DNA of 21,872 nucleotides from a virus (Duplodnaviria; Heunggongvirae; Uroviricota; Caudoviricetes): IMG/VR virus record IMGVR_UViG_2609459856_000011, positions 1 to 21,872 of that record; one strand, 5' to 3'. Shown piece by piece: positions 1 to 6,072 of this stretch (position 1 is its first letter; each line of letters starts with the position of its first letter). The notes under the pieces were generated by a model. It saw only the letters and a program-made list of their open reading frames with translations, ran no database searches and was not told where the DNA came from. The position numbers and the translations under genes were made by a program.

Positions 1-67
1 GGTATCCGTTCTGCTGAAGTGTCATGGCGTTGATTTTACGGTGACTCTTCGACAGTGAAAAGAAAAA

Positions 68-88
68 AGGCCGCAGAGCGGCCATAAA
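68..88 (-). terminator. Putative rho-independent terminator for the minus-strand operon ending at 193
   Basis: Plus strand reads aaaaaaGGCCGCagagCGGCC; on the minus strand this is a GC-rich 6-bp stem with 4-nt loop followed by a T6 run, about 100 bp downstream of the minus-strand gene 193..747. Confidence 0.55.
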
Positions 89-192
89 CACAAGCAAAAA
101 TCAATAAGTTAGATAATTATCAAAGACTTACAGACACACAAAAACACAGCCAACCACAACAAATAACAGGGATGTGGTCAATTTGTGGATCA

Positions 193-747
193 TCAGCCAA
201 CAAATTTAGCAACAAATACAGCAACCGCCGCCGTGAAAATGGTTGTGCATACTGGCACAATAATGCCACTCCAACGCCACTTCGTATTATCATCAACCTT
301 GTCAAACCGCCGATTCATCTCATCCATAATCTTGTCAAAGCGTTTATCCATCGCTTCGGTAAGCTCACCCGACAGGCTGTTAATGTCTGATTTGAGCTGC
401 TCTTTCAGGTGAGCTGTATCAGATTTAAGCTCACCTTTCAGATTCGCAATATCGCATTTAAGATCACCTTTCAGATGAGCAATGTCTGCTTTGAGCTCAC
501 CTTTCACCTCACCAACATCAGCTTTGGTTGAGAGGTTTGTAGTGCGTTCAGTAAGCGTCGCAAGGTCGTTTCTTGTTAGCGATAAATCACCTTCGAGTCG
601 CTCAATTCGCCTTTCAAGTTTATCTGACATTCCGCCTCCACTACTGCCGCCATCGCCGCCATGATAAAGCACATCACGCTCAGAATGCGACATACTACCT
701 GCTGAATTACCGAAAAGGTTTCTTACTGCATTACCCATTTTCACCAT
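193..747 (-). CDS. Hypothetical coiled-coil protein with tandem 11-residue repeats and a C-terminal transmembrane anchor (prophage cargo)
   Basis: 184-aa ORF. Gly/Ser-rich N-terminal linker (GGDGGSSGGG), then about four 11-aa repeats (LKADIAHLKGD / LKCDIANLKGE / LKSDTAHLKEQ / LKSDINSLSGE), then a hydrophobic C-terminal segment (IIVPVCTTIFTAAVAVFVAKFV). Start uncertain: ATG at 745..747 or the ATG three codons in (736..738), which has an AGGA about 8 nt upstream. Overlaps the upstream ORF by 17 nt at the first ATG. Confidence 0.6.
   Translation of the reverse strand: MVKMGNAVRNLFGNSAGSMSHSERDVLYHGGDGGSSGGGMSDKLERRIERLEGDLSLTRNDLATLTERTTNLSTKADVGEVKGELKADIAHLKGDLKCDIANLKGELKSDTAHLKEQLKSDINSLSGELTEAMDKRFDKIMDEMNRRFDKVDDNTKWRWSGIIVPVCTTIFTAAVAVFVAKFVG
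385..516. repeat. About four tandem 33-bp imperfect direct repeats inside CDS 193..747
   Basis: Repeated unit resembling atcagatttaagctcacctttcagattcgcaat, seen at about 385, 418, 451 and 484; a fifth degenerate copy follows. Encodes the 11-aa protein repeats. Confidence 0.7.
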
Positions 748-1231
748 CCTGCGCTTTGCCTTTCTCCAACCACTTCAGCACCGCAGACGTACGGTAAAGG
801 CTCAGGTAACCACAATTCAGGCAATGCAGCGTGTAATAAGTTTTGCGCATATCAGGTATGCTCTTAACATCACCCAAAAAAGTATAAGATACATAATGCT
901 TTATGTTCTCTTTAATTAACTCACTCTGCTCCTCCAAGGGTAGATTGTTAAAATTTTCTGGTTTCTTATTTTTATCCCAGCAAAGATCCATACTTTCAGG
1001 CACAGATAATCGAGACGATCCACATGAAGGGCAGACACTGGAAACCCCCTTCTCAGACAAGAAACGGAAGAAGATTTCTGGCGTAATCTCCATCAGCCGC
1101 TCCTTATGTTTATTGACACGACTCATCGACTTCTTATTGATTTCATCAGCTTCTTCTTTGCATTTATCTTCTATATATTTCGATAGTAAATAGTCATATA
1201 ACTCTTTTTTTGTAGGTTTTTTTATTTCCAT
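731..1231 (-). CDS. Hypothetical zinc-ribbon protein (two CxxC pairs), AT-rich prophage cargo
   Basis: 166-aa ORF with CPSC and CLNC motifs about 70 residues apart. Lysine- and glutamate-rich, clearly lower GC than the phage backbone. Its start codon lies 2 nt downstream of the integrase stop on the same strand, so it is probably co-transcribed with int. Confidence 0.55.
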   Translation of the reverse strand: MEIKKPTKKELYDYLLSKYIEDKCKEEADEINKKSMSRVNKHKERLMEITPEIFFRFLSEKGVSSVCPSCGSSRLSVPESMDLCWDKNKKPENFNNLPLEEQSELIKENIKHYVSYTFLGDVKSIPDMRKTYYTLHCLNCGYLSLYRTSAVLKWLEKGKAQDGENG

Positions 1232-1233
1232 AG

Positions 1234-2211
1234 TTACATTCCTCCCAAGGGATTAAACCTCACCGCATCCTGCAGGTAATCCGGCGCAAGATGGGCATAA
1301 ATCATCGTTGTCTGAATCTTTGCGTGCCCCAGAATTTTCTGGAGCGTCAGAATATTGCCGCCGTTCATCATGAAATGACTGGCGAAGGTGTGGCGCAGCG
1401 CATGAACAGCCTGGCCGTCAGGAACATCAGGTGCGACCGTTTTGATGACATCGCGAACCAATGGATAATCCAGCGTCGGAAACACCAGTTTCCCGCCCCG
1501 TTTTTTGATCTTTTCAAACAGGCTTTCAGAAATAGGAACGGTACGGTTTTTGCTGTTCTTCGTTTTTGAAAAAGTGATTCGACAATGAAGAACACGGCGC
1601 TGCTCCAGTGCCGCTACCTCGCCCCATCGCGCCCCGGTCGACAGAAGGATTTCGACAGCCAGCCGTTCATCGGGATTTTCAGCCAGTGCATCCAGCAACT
1701 GAACACATTCAGACTTACTCAGATATCCCATTTCGCGCTCGTTAACCTTCATTCCTTTAAGGCCTTGAACGGGGTTATCGTTAAGAAAATGGCCGGATGA
1801 GATGAGTGCGGTAAACATCGCGCTTAACGCCCCAATCTCTCGATTAATAGTGCTGGGCTGTATCCCCTGCTCTATCCTGGACACACGTAGCTCGGTGAGC
1901 ATCGTTGTATTAAGTTTATGCACGCACGGGTCATCCATTGCCTCACTCAAGCGCAGCAATTTAAGGCGCGTGTTATGCCCTGACTTCATTAGCTGGCCGT
2001 GGTATTTCCACCACAAGTCAATAAGCACTGACAGCGGACGGCGATCAATGGAGTTTCCTTTCCACTCATTGTTATGCTGTTGCGCCAGCACCCACCGCTC
2101 ATATAAAACTGCATCCGATTTCGTTTTAAATTTTTTACGAATGCGTTTGCCTTTACGCCCCTCCGGGCGCATGTCAAGAAGATACCCTCCAGGAATTGAT
2201 TTTATGCTCAT
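1234..2211 (-). CDS. int: Phage integrase, tyrosine recombinase (P2 Int-like)
   Basis: Track ORF 1234..2361; I start it at the internal ATG (MSIKSIPGGY...), giving 325 aa as in P2 integrases. C-terminal region contains HALRHTFAS and LGHAKIQTTMIYAHL, matching the R...HxxR...Y catalytic signature. Position next to a C repressor in the same orientation fits P2 synteny. Confidence 0.9.
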   Translation of the reverse strand: MSIKSIPGGYLLDMRPEGRKGKRIRKKFKTKSDAVLYERWVLAQQHNNEWKGNSIDRRPLSVLIDLWWKYHGQLMKSGHNTRLKLLRLSEAMDDPCVHKLNTTMLTELRVSRIEQGIQPSTINREIGALSAMFTALISSGHFLNDNPVQGLKGMKVNEREMGYLSKSECVQLLDALAENPDERLAVEILLSTGARWGEVAALEQRRVLHCRITFSKTKNSKNRTVPISESLFEKIKKRGGKLVFPTLDYPLVRDVIKTVAPDVPDGQAVHALRHTFASHFMMNGGNILTLQKILGHAKIQTTMIYAHLAPDYLQDAVRFNPLGGM

Positions 2212-2260
2212 TCGTGAAACCCCAGCGTTACAAGACCACCATGCCCCCAGCGCTCCATGA

Positions 2261-2572
2261 TTAGCCGGGCTGTGTGCCAGTCTTGCGGGATTTTTGAGAA
2301 GACGATGTGTTTTCTGGCCCATCAGGGGAGAGAGAGGGACTGATCTGCCCAGCAGCCTCATTTGTTTCGTTACTCATCAACCACGTGGTGTATTTTTTAA
2401 AGTTCGGATGCATTGTGATTTTCAGTAAAACCTCCGTCCCCACACCTCTAATACCAGTCTCATATTGCTTAACTGTACCAACCGCAATACCTATTGAATC
2501 CGCGAACTTTGCCTGGCTAAGTCCCTCAGATTCTCGAATTGCTTTTAGCTTCTTTGATATCTCTATTGACAT
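2261..2572 (-). CDS. C: Immunity repressor, P2 C-like (HTH)
   Basis: Track ORF 2261..2647; start placed at the internal ATG (MSIEISKKLKAIRESEGLSQAKFADSIGIAVGTVKQYETG...), about 103 aa. Helix-turn-helix segment (LSQAKFADSIGIAVGTVKQYE); size, position between int and cox, and divergent orientation to the early operon all fit P2 C. Confidence 0.8.
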   Translation of the reverse strand: MSIEISKKLKAIRESEGLSQAKFADSIGIAVGTVKQYETGIRGVGTEVLLKITMHPNFKKYTTWLMSNETNEAAGQISPSLSPDGPENTSSSQKSRKTGTQPG

Positions 2573-2667
2573 GGTGTGCACCTGAATACTATATTGGTTA
2601 TCAGTTGAGTACCACTTGACGCCACAAAAAGCCACAAATAGCACCATATTGAATAGGTTATCACATC
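2573..2667. promoter_or_regulatory. Divergent Pc/Pe promoter-operator region between repressor and cox
   Basis: 95-bp intergenic region between divergent genes. Direct repeat GGTTATCA at 2596..2603 and 2656..2663 (extended similarity atattgGTTATCA), and a TTGACG -35-like hexamer at 2617..2622. The -10 elements are not clear by eye. Confidence 0.45.
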
Positions 2668-2946
2668 ATGGCAAAAGTCCTGAACACATACGAACAAGCG
2701 GATTTTGAGCGTTTGGCGGCGTTCTACCCATACCGTGATGAGCATGGGTTACCTGTGCTTGAAGAAAGCCTGGAAGATTACGCGAAACGCACGAATCAAA
2801 GCATTCTTGCGGTAAGAAGGCAGGCCGACAGATCAGTAATCCCCGTCACCCAAGAAGGAAGAAACACAAAACGCAAAGTAAACCTTTTCGCAATATTCCT
2901 GAAAACCATCAGGAGCGCAGAGAAATACGTGCAGATGACAAAATAA
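2668..2946 (+). CDS. cox: Cox/Apl-like excisionase and transcriptional regulator
   Basis: 92-aa ORF, first gene of the rightward early operon opposite the repressor. Central segment (YAKRTNQSILAVRRQADRSVIPVTQEG..KRKV) resembles the Cox DNA-binding region. Confidence 0.65.
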   Translation: MAKVLNTYEQADFERLAAFYPYRDEHGLPVLEESLEDYAKRTNQSILAVRRQADRSVIPVTQEGRNTKRKVNLFAIFLKTIRSAEKYVQMTK

Positions 2947-2960
2947 CGAGGTGTCATTTT

Positions 2961-3299
2961 ATGCTGAAGCAACGCCATAATTTTCGCACCGAAACGGAAC
3001 ACCAAGCTAACCGTTTCGCTACCAGCGCATCACGCAGCAACATCCGCTACAGCCTGAGCGAGACGCACGCAACGCCAGATGGCCATACAGTAAAACAAAT
3101 TGGCGAACACACCTGGCTGATTGAAAAAGCTGGAATCGTGGTTCACAGATGCCAACGCAACCCATTTACCGGAAACCGCATTTTTGCATTGAGCTGTGGC
3201 GACAATCAGTTCGGGCAGGATTTCACATTATACGAAGCACTTCGCACGGTTGATCGTCTGCTTCGCGGGCAGAGTTTTATTAAACAGGCTGATTTATAA
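2961..3299 (+). CDS. Hypothetical early protein
   Basis: 112-aa ORF with ATG start, in the early operon 14 nt after cox. No recognisable motif. Confidence 0.5.
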   Translation: MLKQRHNFRTETEHQANRFATSASRSNIRYSLSETHATPDGHTVKQIGEHTWLIEKAGIVVHRCQRNPFTGNRIFALSCGDNQFGQDFTLYEALRTVDRLLRGQSFIKQADL

Positions 3300-3309
3300 C
3301 AGGTGCGTT

Positions 3310-3588
3310 ATGACCAAAGAGCATGCACAAGGTGTATTTATCCGTTTTATTGATTTTCGCGGTGAACTGTTATTGCGCGCATCGGCTATTGATGCTGTAG
3401 CCCCGGCAGCAAAAGATGTGGCTACTTACCTTTATCTGAACGGCACGCGATTGTTTGTGGAACTTCCGTACCAGACCGTACGAGAAATCATTAGCGAAGC
3501 TGAAAAGGCACGTCAGGTTAATGGCGATGAACCATATATCGAAATTATCTGCATAGATTCAGAAGCTGAAATTCAGAAAGCAGATTAA
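3310..3588 (+). CDS. Hypothetical early protein
   Basis: Track ORF 3196..3588 begins at a GTG; I prefer the internal ATG (MTKEHAQGVF...), 92 aa, which starts 10 nt after the previous stop and is tightly packed with its neighbours. Confidence 0.5.
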   Translation: MTKEHAQGVFIRFIDFRGELLLRASAIDAVAPAAKDVATYLYLNGTRLFVELPYQTVREIISEAEKARQVNGDEPYIEIICIDSEAEIQKAD

Positions 3589-3599
3589 AGGGCGTTGCG

Positions 3600-3842
3600 A
3601 TGGGCAAAGAATATAAAACTCTCATTAACAAAGCACTTGAGCGTTTTTATTTTCGCTTAAGTGCATCAGGCGCTCATGCTGAACGTGCAGCCCGTGACTC
3701 ATTGACCAGGGCAATCCGGAGTCTGTATGACGTGGCTTTTTACGCTGATGATCTGGATGCACTTAACGAACTTTCCGAGCTGATCTGTGCCGCAGAATGC
3801 GGGGAACATATTGAACCGTATAAGCTGGGGAATATCGCATGA
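3600..3842 (+). CDS. Hypothetical early protein
   Basis: 80-aa ORF, ATG 11 nt after the previous stop, same operon. Confidence 0.5.
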   Translation: MGKEYKTLINKALERFYFRLSASGAHAERAARDSLTRAIRSLYDVAFYADDLDALNELSELICAAECGEHIEPYKLGNIA

Positions 3843-3952
3843 GTATATTTATCTCATGGTTTGTTCTGATTATTTCGGTGGCCTGTGCCATTGGGATTAT
3901 GCGAATTATTCATTCAGTAAAAAAGATTGAACGTTTTTTCACTGGTGAATAA
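3839..3952 (+). CDS. Possible small hydrophobic protein (37 aa)
   Basis: ATG overlaps the stop of the previous gene (ATGA). Translation MSIFISWFVLIISVACAIGIMRIIHSVKKIERFFTGE gives one predicted transmembrane helix. Below the ORF-track size cutoff; found by reading the sequence. Confidence 0.35.
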   Translation: MSIFISWFVLIISVACAIGIMRIIHSVKKIERFFTGE

Positions 3953-4044
3953 CGATACAAATAAAACCTCAGATTAAATAAGAAAACATGAAAACCATCC
4001 GCATGCGCGGAGGTATTCGCACACGTAAATAACGGAGAAAGAAA

Positions 4045-4413
4045 ATGAACGCAAAAACAGAAGGCACCCTTACCTCTCTGAAAATGTTATCCGCGATGGA
4101 ACGTGAAGTGTACGAGAGAGCAACAAAGGAAGGCGCTCCCGTTCTCGGCATTCATGCACTGATGGTAGCCAGCATCACAGAAAACGCTGCCGGGATCATC
4201 GAAGAGCAACACAAAGAAATCAGCGCCCTAAAAGCTCAGCTCGCAAACGTAACGTCTACATCCGACAACAAAGGGAGAGCCGTTCGCCTGGCCAACATGG
4301 ATGCTTGCATTTATGTAATCGTGGGTGAAAACCCGGACCTTTTCCTTCTGAGAAAACTGACAGAAGAGCGGGCAATTGAAGTCCACAAGCACGAAGTGAC
4401 CTTCATTAACTGA
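4045..4413 (+). CDS. Hypothetical early protein
   Basis: 122-aa ORF with a GGAG-containing ribosome-binding site (acGGAGaaagaaaATG). Confidence 0.5.
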   Translation: MNAKTEGTLTSLKMLSAMEREVYERATKEGAPVLGIHALMVASITENAAGIIEEQHKEISALKAQLANVTSTSDNKGRAVRLANMDACIYVIVGENPDLFLLRKLTEERAIEVHKHEVTFIN

Positions 4414-4416
4414 CGG

Positions 4417-4686
4417 ATGGTGCAATGGAAAAGCGTACCGCCTGCACCAAATGGTACAGGCGTACCAGAGAGATACGACGTGATGGCAATTAAGCATTTT
4501 CCTGTCGTTCGTTTTACCTCCAGAGGACGCGAATACGAGGTCGACGAACGTCTGATTACCACTATCGATAAACACCGCTCAGAAAAGGATGCACACCACA
4601 TCTATCTCACTGACGGCACTTACTTCTGCGCCACTAACGTGGTGCGAGTGAACCTTATTCGACAGGTACAGGAGTCACGCAGATGA
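4417..4686 (+). CDS. Hypothetical early protein (start uncertain)
   Basis: 89-aa ORF starting 3 nt after the previous stop; an internal ATG at 4483 (MAIKHFPVVRF...) would give 67 aa. Confidence 0.4.
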   Translation: MVQWKSVPPAPNGTGVPERYDVMAIKHFPVVRFTSRGREYEVDERLITTIDKHRSEKDAHHIYLTDGTYFCATNVVRVNLIRQVQESRR

Positions 4687-4982
4687 CCATTCTGGACTAC
4701 ATCGCAGCCAATCCAGATTGTAGCGGTGGAGAAATCGCCGCTGCACTGAATACCACAACCACAGCCATTAATGCGGAGTTACGTCGGCTCTGGCGCAGCG
4801 GTTCAGTCATAAGAAAAGAGCGCAAAACAGGCGGTCGATTCTCTTACCAGGTAAACCCGATGCCGTTCGGGTGTAGCAACCCACTAACCCTCATGTTTAA
4901 CCAGCTACTAAAGGAAGCCAGAGCATGCACAAAGCCTTTGAACGATGGATGCGCCAGCGTTATGGCAATCGCTACGACCTGA
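4683..4982 (+). CDS. Hypothetical protein, possibly winged-helix DNA-binding
   Basis: 99-aa ORF overlapping the previous stop (ATGA). The N-terminal 50 residues (IAANPDCSGGEIAAALNTTTTAINAELRRLWRSGSV) look like a small wHTH domain. Its 3' end overlaps the next ORF by 58 nt, so the true stop is uncertain. Confidence 0.45.
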   Translation: MTILDYIAANPDCSGGEIAAALNTTTTAINAELRRLWRSGSVIRKERKTGGRFSYQVNPMPFGCSNPLTLMFNQLLKEARACTKPLNDGCASVMAIATT

Positions 4983-5071
4983 CGAGAGATACCGATGGCT
5001 ACTACTGCCGCGAAGTTGTGAAACGAATGTTTGAAGTGTGGCGCTACTGCCGCAGCTTATACGTTGAATAA
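4925..5071 (+). CDS. Possible small protein (48 aa)
   Basis: ATG..TAA ORF read by eye (MHKAFERWMRQRYGNRYDLTRDTDGYYCREVVKRMFEVWRYCRSLYVE); overlaps the 3' end of 4683..4982 in another frame. Confidence 0.3.
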   Translation: MHKAFERWMRQRYGNRYDLTRDTDGYYCREVVKRMFEVWRYCRSLYVE

Positions 5072-5397
5072 AACAGGTCACCACCGATGCACACACAAAA
5101 AAACCGCTTGCCATGCCGCAATCAGTCAGGTTACATTTCTGCTGCACCTCACAAAACGGGTGCCGGGTTTCGCAGCCTGCTGACTACACAAGCGCACAAC
5201 CGCGCCAGCGGTTTTTTTGTGCGTACTGTATTGCCACGTTTTTTTCGCGTCAGAATTATGGCGGGGCGTACGGGGCCGACTTCGGTCGGGCCGGGTTCTT
5301 GTGTAGCCGGTACTGCGAACCTCGTACGTCTCGCCACCCACAGTTTCGCAGCTCTGGATGGTGAGTTTTCACAACTTACTACACAAGGGGCCACACC

Positions 5398-5628
5398 ATG
5401 GCAAACCGCAAACCACACCGCGCTATCGCGGAGCGTCGTCACATCCAGACTGAAATCAACCGCGGACTTTCCCGCGCATCACGCGTCGCGCAAATCATGC
5501 ACATCAATATGCTGCATGAGCGCAGCCACGCACTATCAAACATTTATTCCGCCTCTGTTTTCAGCTATCTGGCGGATGATCTGCGCGAGCTTCAGCAGCT
5601 CATCCAGCAGCAAAACAAACTCCATTAA
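5398..5628 (+). CDS. Hypothetical early protein (76 aa)
   Basis: ORF with ATG start directly after the 327-bp non-coding gap; basic N-terminus, no recognised motif. Confidence 0.5.
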   Translation: MANRKPHRAIAERRHIQTEINRGLSRASRVAQIMHINMLHERSHALSNIYSASVFSYLADDLRELQQLIQQQNKLH

Positions 5629-5700
5629 TTTCTGTTCCGGGCCTTTCCTGCACCTTGCGGCGGGAGGCCTTCGCACATCTGTAACAAGAGGATTGCCGCA

Positions 5701-6066
5701 ATGATTCTCGCCAACGACTTTCTTGAATACCTGCTCAACACAGAGCGTGATCTTGCCGTTCGCGTGCGTGAACGTTATGACATGTACCTGAAATCCCTGC
5801 CTGTACCGCAGCTCGCTGACGGAAAGATTGTTATTGATGGTCGTTACATGATTGACAGCCACGAGGGAAATTACAGGCTTTACCGTATTGAAGGTGGCAC
5901 CCTGTCCGTTATTGGCATTTACCAGCGCCCATCCTCTGCGATCGTCGATGTGATTGCCGACAGCATCCGCATCACACATCACTATGCCGACACAGAAGAC
6001 ACCGTGCTGGAAATTCAGCGGCTGGCTACCGTCTGCCGCGACACCCTGAATGGCATGACGAAGTAA
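5701..6066 (+). CDS. Hypothetical early protein (121 aa)
   Basis: ORF immediately upstream of the replication gene (7-nt gap), same strand. Confidence 0.5.
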   Translation: MILANDFLEYLLNTERDLAVRVRERYDMYLKSLPVPQLADGKIVIDGRYMIDSHEGNYRLYRIEGGTLSVIGIYQRPSSAIVDVIADSIRITHHYADTEDTVLEIQRLATVCRDTLNGMTK

Positions 6067-6072
6067 ATCACT

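Noticed and set aside
1-192. Possible attL core or tRNA at the left edge
   Set aside because: No tRNA-like structure is recognisable by eye, and the attachment core cannot be defined without the other prophage end (attR), which lies outside the window.
385-516. Possible CRISPR-like array
   Set aside because: The repeats are contiguous 33-bp units without spacers and lie in-frame within a protein-coding gene; they are coding tandem repeats, not CRISPR.
1802-2260. 152-aa plus-strand ORF
   Set aside because: Antisense to the integrase gene; no motif; the integrase call on the opposite strand is strong.
2212-2361. N-terminal 50-codon extension of the integrase ORF
   Set aside because: The extension overlaps the repressor gene on the same strand in another frame; integrase homologues are about 325 aa and start at the internal MSIKS methionine.
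3997-4041. 14-codon mini-ORF (MKTIRMRGGIRTRK) upstream of the 4045 gene
   Set aside because: Too short to support as a gene; could be a leader peptide but there is no evidence either way.
5087-5704. 205-aa plus-strand ORF across the non-coding gap
   Set aside because: Runs through the GC-rich hairpin region and out of frame into the 5398..5628 ORF; serine/threonine/alanine-rich translation without structure; treated as non-coding.
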